This document shows, in pieces, positions 51,746-62,983 of a DNA stretch of 64,000 nucleotides. Source of the stretch: Eledone cirrhosa (Eukaryota). The notes under the pieces are model-generated. The model was not told where the DNA came from. It was given only the letters and a program-made list of their open reading frames with translations, and did no database searches. Every line of letters begins with the position of its first letter. Position 1 is the stretch's first letter. The position numbers and the translations under genes are program-made. The stretch spans positions 4,216,001-4,280,000 of the forward strand of contig OZ024760.1 of the NCBI GenBank assembly GCA_964016885.1. The letters are read 5' to 3'.

Positions 51746-51966
51746 GTAAGTATAAGGCTTCTTGAATATTCTGTTTCTTTCATTTGTGTGCCATTTTTAC
51801 TATAGAGTGGGTAACAGTAGCTGAGGTAGAGTAGCTGGGTAGGTGATAGAAGGGTGATATTAGCTGGGTAGATGGGAGATAGGGTAACGGTAGCTGAGGT
51901 AGAGTAGCTGGGTAGGTGATAGATATGGTAACAATAGCTGGTGAAATAGATGAGTAGGTAGGAGGT

Positions 51967-54888
51967 AGGGTATGTGGTAGATAGGGTGACAATAGCTGGA
52001 TATATATGGTAGATAGGGTGACAATATCTGGGTATGTGGTAGATAGGGTGACAATATCTGGGTATGTGGTAGATAGGGTGACAATATCTGGGTATGTGGT
52101 AGATAGGGTGATAATATCTGGGTATGTGGTAGATAGGGTGACAATATCTGGGTATGTGGTAGATAGGGTGACAATATCTGGGTATGTGGTAGATAGGGTG
52201 ATAATAGGTGGGTATGTGGTAGATAGGGTGATAATAGCTGGGTATGTGGTAGATAGGGTGACAATATCTGGGTATGTGGTAGATAGGGTGATAATATCTG
52301 GGTATGTGGTAGATAGGGTGATAATAGCTGGGTATGTGGTAGATAGGGTGATAATATCTGGGTATGTGGTAGATAGGGTGATAATATCTGGGTATGTGGT
52401 AGATAGGGTGACAATATCTGGGTATGTGGTAGATAGGGTGACAATATCTGGGTATGTGGTAGATAGGGTGACAATATCTGGGTATGTGGTAGATAGGGTG
52501 ACAATATCTGGGTATGTGGTGGATAGGGTGACAATATCTGGGTATGTGGTAGATAGGGTGACAATATCTGGGTATGTGGTAGATAGGGTGACAATAGCTG
52601 GGTATGTGGTAGATAGGGTGACAATATCTGGGTATGTGGTAGATAGGGTGACAATAGGTGGGTATGTGGTAGATAGGGTGACAATAGGTGGGTATGTGGT
52701 AGATAGGGTGACAATAGCTGGGTATGTGGTAGATAGGGTGACAATAGCTGGGTATGTGGTAGATAGGGTGACAATAGCTGGGTATGTGGTAGATAGGGTG
52801 ACAATATCTGGGTATGTGGTAGATAGGGTGACAATATCTGGGTATGTGGTAGATAGGGTGACAATAGCTGGGTATGTGGTAGATAGGGTGACAATAGCTG
52901 GGTATGTGGTAGATAGGGTGACAATATCTGGGTATGTGGTAGATAGGGTGACAATAGGTGGGTATGTGGTGGATAGGGTGACAATATCTGGGTATGTGGT
53001 AGATAGGGTGACAATATCTGGGTATGTGGTATATAGGGTGACAATATCTGGGTATGTGGTGGATAGGGTGACAATATCTGGGTATGTGGTAGATAGGGTG
53101 ACAATAGGTGGGTATGTGGTAGATAGGGTGATAATAGGTGGGTATGTGGTGGATAGGGTGACAATATCTGGGTATGTGGTAGATAGGGTGACAATATCTG
53201 GGTATGTGGTGGATAGGGTGACAATATCTGGGTATGTGGTGGATAGGGTGACAATATCTGGGTATGTGGTGGATAGGGTGACAATATCTGGGTATGTGGT
53301 GGATAGGGTGACAATATCTGGGTATGTGGTAGATAGGGTGACAATATCTGGGTATGTGGTAGATAGGGTGATAATAGCTGGGTATGTGGTAGATAGGGTG
53401 ACAATATCTGGGTATGTGGTAGATAGGGTGACAATATCTGGGTATGTGGTAGATAGGGTGACAATATCTGGGTATGTGGTAGATAGGGTGACAATATCTG
53501 GGTATGTGGTAGATAGGGTGATAATAGGTGGGTATGTGGTAGATAGGGTGATAATATCTGGGTATGTGGTAGATAGGGTGACAATATCTGGGTATGTGGT
53601 GGATAGGGTGACAATATCTGGGTATGTGGTAGATAGGGTGATAATAGCTGGGTATGTGGTAGATAGGGTGACAATATCTGGGTATGTGGTAGATAGGGTG
53701 ACAATATCTGGGTATGTGGTAGATAGGGTGACAATATCTGGGTATGTGGTGGATAGGGTGACAATAGGTGGGTATGTGGTAGATAGGGTGATAATAGCTG
53801 GGTATGTGGTAGATAGGGTGATAATATCTGGGTATGTGGTAGATAGGGTGACAATATCTGGGTATGTGGTAGATAGGGTGACAATATCTGGGTATGTGGT
53901 AGATAGGGTGACAATATCTGGGTATGTGGTGGATAGGGTGACAATATCTGGGTATGTGGTAGATAGGGTGACAATAGCTGGGTATGTGGTAGATAGGGTG
54001 ACAATAGCTGGGTATGTGGTAGATAGGGTGACAATATCTGGGTATGTGGTAGATAGGGTGACAATAGGTGGGTATGTGGTAGATAGGGTGACAATAGGTG
54101 GGTATGTGGTAGATAGGGTGACAATAGGTGGGTATGTGGTAGATAGGGTGACAATAGCTGGGTATGTGGTAGATAGGGTGACAATAGCTGGGTATGTGGT
54201 AGATAGGGTGACAATATCTGGGTATGTGGTAGATAGGGTGACAATATCTGGGTATGTGGTAGATAGGGTGACAATAGCTGGGTATGTGGTAGATAGGGTG
54301 ACAATAGCTGGGTATGTGGTAGATAGGGTGACAATAGCTGGGTATGTGGTAGATAGGGTGACAATAGCTGGGTATGTGGTAGATAGGGTGACAATAGCTG
54401 GGTATGTGGTAGATAGGGTGACAATATCTGGGTATGTGGTAGATAGGGTGACAATAGGTGGGTATGTGGTGGATAGGGTGACAATATCTGGGTATGTGGT
54501 AGATAGGGTGACAATATCTGGGTATGTGGTATATAGGGTGACAATATCTGGGTATGTGGTGGATAGGGTGACAATATCTGGGTATGTGGTAGATAGGGTG
54601 ACAATAGGTGGGTATGTGGTAGATAGGGTGATAATAGGTGGGTATGTGGTGGATAGGGTGACAATATCTGGGTATGTGGTAGATAGGGTGACAATATCTG
54701 GGTATGTGGTAGATAGGGTGACAATATCTGGGTATGTGGTAGATTGGGTGACAATATCTGGGTATGTGGTAGATAGGGTGATAATAGGTGGGTATGTGGT
54801 AGATAGGGTGATAATATCTGGGTATGTGGTAGATAGGGTGACAATATCTGGGTATGTGGTAGATAGGGTGACAATAGGTGGGTATATG
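51967..54888 (+). repeat. 30-bp minisatellite, ~97 units, intronic
   Basis: Unit gggtatgtggtagatagggtgacaatatct with few variant positions; explains the three ~1000-aa ORFs. Confidence 0.97.
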
Positions 54889-55061
54889 GCGGACAGTAAC
54901 TGGATGATAGTAGCTGGGTAGATCTGTTGAACTAAAAACCTGCATGGTCGAAGTTTAATAACTACAACCTGTAATAGGGGGAAAAAATAGGTTTTGGGGG
55001 TTTGATTTTCTTGATTAATTTTATTATGTTGTGATTGGTTTTATTGTTGTTATTCATACAG

Positions 55062-55135
55062 ATGGCAACACTATTGAAACACGATACAGATGTTGTCAGG
55101 GGGAAGCTGGATCAACAGGCTGTGAAGTTGGTGCG
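55062..55135 (+). CDS. REXO1: REXO1 exon (YGNTIETRYRCCQGEAGSTGCEVGA)
   Basis: atacag| acceptor, GCG|GTGAGT donor; 74 bp, phase 1/0; YxCC...GSxGC motif. Confidence 0.92.
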
Positions 55136-55486
55136 GTGAGTCATCTTCTACCTTTTCATTTTCTCATTAGGAAGTTTATATCAAGGCCACCACAATTTCA
55201 CTAGTGTTGGTACCGTGATAAAACACACCTAGTACACTCTGTAAAGTGTTGGTGATAGGGAGGGTTTCCAGTCATTGAAAACCTGCCAAACAAATTTTCA
55301 GTTGTGCCAAGGGCACAACAATCTCGTCTCTAGTATTGGTGTCATGATAAAAAGCACCTAGTATACACTGTAAAGTGGTGGGTGATACTAAGGGCATCCT
55401 CCATATATCCCAACCACCAACCCGCTCTAAATATGAATATGGGGGAGACATACTTTTCAAGCTGCATTCAAATATATGTGTGTATT

Positions 55487-55518
<32 letters not shown>

Positions 55519-55520
<2 letters not shown>

Positions 55521-56122
55521 GAAGGAAATGTGGTAAGGAACCAGGTGGACCATAACGCACCAAAGTACTCAATACTTAGGGTAGTAGAGTGGGTAATAGG
55601 AACAAGTAAGACCCCGACGGCTGAGCTCAAGCCGTTTCGACGGCTAATTCTGGACTAAATGAAAATTTATCCTGGTATTTAAATAGCCGATCTTCTCAAG
55701 GGGTAATTCCATATATGGTCAAAGTGATTGTCAACACTTATTCGCTTTTCTTCACTCTCAGTATTTTTTCTTTCTTATATATTTTTACCCCTCATTGTTC
55801 TACCTACCGTTCCGACTTCCTCCCCCTCCCCCTCCCCAGTATCTTCTTTGACCTCATGCCCAGCTGTAGCTGGCACTACCAACGCTTGATTGGGTCTACT
55901 CCACCCCCTCCCCTCTTTCTCCTACTGGCAGGTTTAGCCACCATCTCCCCTACTAATTTGCAATCACAGAATTACTACTGACTTTTGACAATCACTTTGA
56001 CCATATATGGAATTACCCCTTGAGAAGATCGGCTATTTAAATACCAGGATAAATTTTCATTTAGTCCAGAATTAGCCGTCGAAACGGCTTGAGCTCAGCC
56101 GTCGGGGTCTTACTTATTCCTA
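55519..56122 (-). mobile_element. Non-coding fold-back insertion (PLE pLTR-like) with two hammerheads
   Basis: ~55597-55733 is the reverse complement of ~55986-56122; unpaired tail 55519-55596; (TA)n flanks. Confidence 0.75.
56015..56108 (+). ncRNA. Type-I hammerhead ribozyme with U3-A8 covariant core (mirror copy at 55611-55704)
   Basis: ACCCC-TTGAGAA-GAtCGGCTA..TAGCCGTC-GAAA-CGGCT tgagctc AGCCG-TC-GGGGT: 5-bp stem I, 8-bp stem II, 6-bp stem III, GUC site at 56101-56103. Confidence 0.8.
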
Positions 56123-57467
56123 TATATATAATCATCACTGTTTTACATCCATTTTTTCCACGGGTTAGACGAGGTGTCCTGTTGTGGGCAATGCCAGGTT
56201 AAGTGACCATGTCTTGCTCATACAGAACTGATTTTGGCTTGATTTCTACAGTTGGATGCCCTTTCTAACAACCTCTTTTACATTGAGTACTGGGTGCTTT
56301 TTATCGTGGCACCTACACGACCACTTTGCAGTGTGGACTGGGTGCTTTTTGTCATGTACGACATATATAATATAATATCATTGGCACTAATGTTTTCTTT
56401 GTCACCATTATCATAAATCCTTATCAGCAATGTTATATATGTTATCATCACCATTGTCATATTGTATTAAGGCACTTGAAACATATGACTAATTCTTCTG
56501 ACCTTTCCCTTCCTTTCACACCATGTCAATATGTCACCTCTACTTACCCATTGTTTAGTTACAGCTGTGTAGCTACCATTCAGATTTATGTATTTGACAG
56601 TCCTATTATTTGCCTCAGTTCTTTATTACAGGTGTTTGAGTGTAGGAATGCTTGTGTGGTTAAGAAGTTCACTTCACATCCAAGTAGTTCTAGTTTCAAT
56701 TCTATAGTACAGCACCTTAGGCAAGTGTCCTCTACTGTAGTTTCATTTCAGTTGACCCTTTAGCATTTATATTACTCTATATTTACTATTGTATTTTCAT
56801 GGTAAAGGCTTTATCTCACATAATATCAAATCTATGAGATTATGATATTATTTATTTTGAGTACAGTAACCTTAACATAAGTATGAACAGCTGGTTACAG
56901 CCATTTTAAACAGAAAGAGGTGAAGAATTCTGGCTGGATATGGCCAGTTTAAACGCATTCATAGTGAAATTTGGTAGAAACAGTGCAGAAGATCAACATA
57001 TGTAGGATTTCAAATGAATGAAACGGTTCTAGTTCTATGGAAGTCATTTCTATATGAAATAAATCTATACCTTCTCTATTAATGTATTGAGTACCTTATT
57101 TAACTATGGTCTCCTTCCATTTCTCTTTGGAAAACCATTCTTATATATATATATGAATAGAAATAAGAAAACTCATCATCACAGCTGTTAAAACAGCTAA
57201 ATGCTGTCAAAGACAGCAATGGGCAAAAATGCCCATAACTAGAAGTTGAACAGAAAAAACATGAAGAAGAAATAAAAGTTACTCGTGTTGCTTCAATTCA
57301 GTGATATATATATGACGGGCTTCCGTACAGTACCTGTCTACCAAATTTCACTCACAAGGTAAGAGACTTGCCCAAAGTGCCTTTGTGGTGATGTTTAACC
57401 CCGAAATAGATTTTCTTTTCATTTTTGCTGAATCTCATATAACTCATTGCTATTTCTATACCATCAG

Positions 57468-57578
57468 ACTCATGTCCATCAAAAAAACAAATACGACGGT
57501 TCCTCTGGTTACATGACCACCCCAGACAGAGAAATGCCCCCTGATGGTCCTGGTGTGTTTGCCATGGATTGTGAAATG
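57468..57578 (+). CDS. REXO1: REXO1 exon with Exo I motif (HVH...GVFAMDCEM)
   Basis: catcag| acceptor, ATG|GTAAGT donor; 111 bp; A(L/M)DCEM supplies the catalytic D and E of the DEDDh family. Confidence 0.95.
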
Positions 57579-58132
57579 GTAAGTTCACTTTTATTTTGTC
57601 CTCTTCTACACATTTCTTCTTTTTTTACCTTTCTTATTTGTGTTTTAAGTCTTACTAATGGACCAGGGCTGCCAATAATGACAGTAATGTTGTTTTGAAT
57701 ATATTACATTTTTGGAGTCCATGATTGGTATTTTATATATACCAGGAAGGAGAAGAGGATGAGGAAGACTCCCTTCAATCACGGGGTTGTTTGTGGAAGA
57801 CCAGCAGTCGCTCATGCATACCAATCTCCCCTCTCCATGTCACCGATGTTGTCCAAGGGAAAGGCAAAGGCCAATACAGCTTGGCACCAGTGACATTGCA
57901 ACTCATTTCTTCAGCTGAGTAAACTGGAGCAACGTGAAATAAAGTATCATATTCAAGAACACAAAACATCACCCGGTTGGGGAATCAAACTCACAACCTT
58001 CTGATTTGAGGACCTCTGCTTCAGCATGTTGTGAAATTGTTGCAACACAGTTGCACACTTATTTTAGCTGTTTGTTCATTTATAAATGTGACATGGTAAC
58101 AACGCAAGCTCCCCTTTTTCTGTTGTTGACAG

Positions 58133-58248
58133 CTCTACACCACAGCCGGTATGGAAGTGGCACGAGTAACAGTTGTAGATTCAGAATGTAACGTTGTCTA
58201 TGAAACTCTAGTGAAACCCGACCATGAAATTCTTGATTACAACACACG
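58133..58248 (+). CDS. REXO1: REXO1 exonuclease exon ([16 protein letters not shown]...[13 protein letters not shown])
   Basis: gacag| acceptor, CG|GTAAGT donor; 116 bp, phase 0/2. Confidence 0.95.
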
Positions 58249-58641
58249 GTAAGTGTTTTGCTGCCATCTTTGTTACTATGCCAAATGATTCTCTATCTCT
58301 TTATCTAGCTATCTATTTATCTGTCTGTCTGTCTCTCTATCTGTTTATCTAGCTATCTATTTGTCTGTCTGTCTGTCTGTCTATCTATCTGTCTCTCTAT
58401 CTATCTATCTGTCTGCCTGTATCTATGCTTTGCAGTATTTGTCCCACCATCACTTCAGATTCCGAGTTTGAATCTCTCACATTCTTCTTTGTGAAAATTT
58501 ACAGTAAACCAAAGACTTCAAATTTCAATGTGATGCAATCATAGTGTTCTTTTATACTTTTCAAGTTTGTCTTGCTAATATAATTTCAAGTGCTACAGGA
58601 CATTGAGGGTTAATTCAGTGTTGTTCTTTATGTATTTACAG

Positions 58642-58780
58642 CTTCAGTGGGATCACAGAAGAAGATATGAAGGGTGTGGTAACAAAACTAATCCATGTAC
58701 AGGCAGTATTACTCCACTATTTCTCATCACAAGCTATATTGGTTGGACACAGTCTGGAGAATGACTTGATGTCTGTCAAG
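58642..58780 (+). CDS. REXO1: REXO1 exonuclease exon with Exo II motif (FSGIT...ILVGHSLENDL)
   Basis: ttacag| acceptor, AAG|GTAATT donor; 139 bp, phase 2/0. Confidence 0.95.
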
Positions 58781-58788
58781 GTAATTAA

Positions 58789-58997
58789 CCGTTTAATATT
58801 TACATTACTCTATATTTACTATTGTATTTTCACAGTAAAGGTTTTACCTCATAATCATCTCACATAATATGGAATCTGTGAGATTTTGATATTATTTATT
58901 TTGAGAAAAATGCCTTAACGTCAGTATGAGCGGCCTGTTTGAACAGAAGGAGGTGAGAGAATTCTGGACGGATATGGCCAGTTGAAATGCTAAAGGG
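58789..58997 (-). mobile_element. piggyBac-like MITE copy (others at ~48983-49231 and ~56756-56952)
   Basis: TTAA at 58785-58788 and 58998-59001; reverse-orientation body. Confidence 0.75.
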
Positions 58998-59568
58998 TTA
59001 ATTGATTGTTATATTTCTTTTGGTGGTGAATTGGCAGAGGCGTTAGAGCACCAGACAGAATGTATTGCAGTCTTCGTTTTGGCTCTTTGCTCTCTGAGTT
59101 CAAATCCTGCTGAGGTCAACTTTGCCTGTCGTTTATTCAAGGGCGATAAAAAAGAAAAGTATCAGTCAAGTACTGGGATCGATTCTTCCTCTATATCTAT
59201 TTGTATCATTTTCTGGAAGAAATCTGCTGTATTCAGACTTGGAGAGGGATGGGCTCCGCCAGGTTTTAAAATTCCCTAGAAATACTGTAGGTCCATTCAG
59301 TGTTCCTATGATTGCGTCAGAAGATACGGGTCCATACATATATACATATTTCTCTTGGTACTACAAAATTACCATCTTTCTATCTCTAGTTTCCATCCCA
59401 CAACAGTACCATCACTCTATCTCTAGTTACCAAAGTTTACCATTCTATCCCTAGTTACCACAACAGTACCCCCTTTATATCCCTAGTTACCACACAGTAC
59501 CTCCTTTATATCCCCAGCTACCGCAAGCTTGCAATTTTCTTCTAATGTTTGTTTGTTTGTTTTTACAG

Positions 59569-59689
59569 CTGATCCACAGTTGTGTGGTTGACACATCAGT
59601 CTTGTACCCCCATAGAGCTGGTAGACCCCTAAAGAGGGCATTGAAAAATTTGACACATGACTACCTGAATACAACCATCCAAGAAGGAA
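59569..59689 (+). CDS. REXO1: REXO1 exonuclease exon (LIHSCVVDTSVLYPHRAGRPLKRALKNLT...IQEG)
   Basis: ttttacag| acceptor, GGAA|GTAAGT donor; 121 bp, phase 0/1. Confidence 0.95.
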
Positions 59690-59809
59690 GTAAGTATGGC
59701 TCAACTTTGTATTGTTTAGAATTATATATATATATAAAGGATAAAAGGACCTACCTCAAGCAACTGTTTTTTCAAGAATTTGGTTGTTTATTCTCCTACT
59801 ATAATTTAT

Positions 59810-60010
59810 TATCATCATCATCATTTTACGTCCGCTTTTCCCTGCTTGCAAGGGTGGGACGGGAACTGATTCTGACTTGATTTCTACAGCTGGATGCCCT
59901 TCCTAACACCAACCTCATTTACAGAGAGTGCTGGGTGCTTTTTTGCCATGGCACCTCCACGACCACTTTGCAGTGGAATGGTAGGGACTCCAGTCCCTAT
60001 CATCTTTCAT
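59810..60010 (-). mobile_element. RTE-tail non-autonomous element
   Basis: tcattttacgtccgcttttccctgcttgcaagggtgggacggg is identical to the 3' end of the RTE at 17942-17985. Confidence 0.75.
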
Positions 60011-60319
60011 TTTATTTTTAAATACACTTTATCAAGTAACCACACAGCTCCCTGTTTCTCCCCAAATTTATATATATATATATTATATGTGTGTTTAAAT
60101 GCTGGACCTCACACAGGAGATGAAGGAATGTTGAGGTTAACTATTCCCTTCATCCTTACGGGGTCGATAAAGTAATGCACTGGGGTCAATTTAATTGACT
60201 TTTCCACCAAATAATTGTTGGCCATGTGCCTAAACACTGTTGTTTTTGTCCTGTACTGTCATAATGTTTTTCTTGATGTAAACCTTTTGTAGTCAATAAA
60301 GAAACCATTATTATTATTA

Positions 60320-60681
60320 AGAGAGAAGTGCCCCCCGCACATTTGCTAAAAGGTGGATGAATGTGTCGAGAATTGCCCGTGTGAATGGGCCTACTCTGGC
60401 CATGCGCCTATAGGAGGAGAGAGGTGCTCTCCCCCGGGTGCCCTAGAAGCGCAGGGTGGTTCAGGATTGGTGGGGTACCTGAGTCCCCCCCCCCTCCTAC
60501 GGGTGAATTTATTTTGTTATATTTATGCATAGTTTATTTTATATTTTTTATATCTTCATTGTTAAATTAGTCTTGCCATTGTGGCCTTTTACTCGACCTT
60601 ATTGTAACCCCCCCCCCTCCCCATGGTCCCTGTCTTTGTATTGTGCCCTTCATGTCGGCCTTTGTGGCCAATAAATGAAAT
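60320..60681 (+). mobile_element. Short 3' fragment of an L1/Tx1 element related to 12870-15600
   Basis: gagaattgcccgtgtgaatgggcct matches 15289-15313; similar 3' UTR ending ggccaataaatgaaa; cattattattat on both sides. Confidence 0.65.
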
Positions 60682-60731
60682 CATTATTATTATCACTAAT
60701 ATATATTATTTCAATTCTGTTCATTGTACAG

Positions 60732-60823
60732 TTGATGGACATGACAGTCAGGAAGATGCTATTGCAGCCATGAGACTTGTACATTACAAAATCCAACAGG
60801 ACGGAAATAAATATCGGTCATGA
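60732..60823 (+). CDS. REXO1: REXO1 last coding exon with Exo III motif (IDGHDSQEDAIAAMRLV...RS*)
   Basis: gtacag| acceptor; GHDSxEDA supplies the catalytic H and D; TGA at 60821-60823. Confidence 0.95.
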
Positions 60824-60994
60824 CAGATGACACTGATGATATCGTAAGAGAGAAACTCTTGACAAACAGAAGGAAGTCTGTGGATTTCTGGATCAAACAT
60901 TGAACACTTTAGCATTCTCATTTAGATGGAAATGTTTGACCAAAACACATATACATACATACATACATATATGTATGTATACATATATGTATGT

Positions 60995-61058
<64 letters not shown>

Positions 61059-61734
61059 CATATATATAATCATGATAGATATATATTATGTATCTATGAA
61101 TATATATGTATATAAACATATATACTTATATATATATATATATATGTGTGTGTATATATGTATATAAACATATATATAACCATGATAGATATTTATTATG
61201 TATGTACATATATGTATATAAATAAATATATATGTATATACATGCATATATATATATATATTCATTTGTTTATATATATAAATATACATACATATATATA
61301 TGTATATAAATAATATATGTATAATGATGATATGTATGTATACACACATTGAGAGGAGACAAAACAAATATAAAAAAAACAATAGTTAAATATTCAAAAT
61401 AAAATAATGAAACAGAGCCAATGATATGATGTGTTTTGTCTGTTAGACTATAAGACTGTGACATGTCTTATATAGTGACATATCTAATACAAGCTGTTCT
61501 GAGATAGCCTGTTACCATAGTAACTACTACTAACTACATGCAATCTTAGCAGTGGTCAACTACAGTAGCAACACAGATGGGAGAGAGGAGGAGGATGGGG
61601 AGTACATATATATATATATAAAGTTTAAAATGAGTGTGTTCACGTAAGCACTCATATTATATATATATTATCAAAAGATCGGAGGCCATAATCATTTGAT
61701 TCTTGGTTAACTCCATACTTTAATATATATATAT

Positions 61735-61870
61735 ATATATATACACAGACATTAACTTATAAATACATACATATATGTATAGAGAAAGCTAAATGAACAC
61801 ACACATATATATACAGACATTAACTTAGCATACATACATATATGTATAGAGAAAACTAAATGAATACATG

Positions 61871-61917
<47 letters not shown>

Positions 61918-62112
61918 TCATTTAGCTTTCTCTATACATGTATGTATTTATAAGTTAATGTCTGTATATATATATATGTGTGTGTGTGTTCATTTAGCTT
62001 TCTCTATACATATATGTATGTATTTATAAGTTAATGTCTGTATATATATATATATATATATATACAGACATTAACTCTAGACATATATGTTTAGAGAAAG
62101 CTAAATGAACAC
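61735..62112. repeat. ~60-bp unit in direct and inverted copies around (TA)n
   Basis: cagacattaactt...gtatagagaaagctaaatgaacac occurs twice forward, twice reversed, then once forward. Confidence 0.8.
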
Positions 62113-62936
62113 ACGTGTGTGTGTGTGTGTGTGTGTATGTATATATATATTATGTATATTGAACAAAACTGTGTTTGTGTGTACCTATTTATATACTTGT
62201 ATTATTTTGTATCCGAACAAAAGTGAAAATGTGTGTATGTGGATCAGTGTGGTGAAAGGTATTTGATGTGGGTGATGGAGTTGTGTGATAATGAAGGTAA
62301 CTAGATGTGTGTCTGTTTGTGGAATGATTGAATACACACACACATATATATATATATATGGTCAGTCTATGTGTGTTGTTGTTTGATAACCTGTCTGTTT
62401 ATAGTCCACACACACACACACAATTTCTTCAGAAGTGACACACACATTATGAAGATAGTCAGTTCCAAAGTTGTAACGTGATTAACAACACAGCCCTTCC
62501 CGTCTATTAGTCAATTCCTTCAGTTCTCAGTATACACACACTTAGAACATACCTATGGCATGAACCAACGTGTGTGTACATATATACACGCTAAAATTCT
62601 AGAAGGGCAGTCACCATTTTGGTTAACTTGTGGAGTCAATGGATTGTAACTCACACACACACACATAAATATATGAACACACAGATGAATATATATATAT
62701 ATATATATATATATCAGAATGGATATAATAGAGTGGGTAATATGAAGGATTCGGGATCCCGACAGCTGAGCTCCTGCCGTTTCATTAGCTAGATCCGAAC
62801 TCGGGTCTAGCTATTGAAACAGCTGGAGCTCAGCCGTCGGGATCCCAAATTTTTCATATATATATATATACACAGATAAATTTACATATAAATATAAATA
62901 TTATGCCCATACATGTATATAAATACCGACATACAT

Positions 62937-62983
<47 letters not shown>

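Noticed and set aside
51520-54945. Three ~1000-aa ORFs on both strands
   Set aside because: They are read-throughs of a stop-free 30-bp minisatellite lying in an intron with clear flanking REXO1 splice sites.
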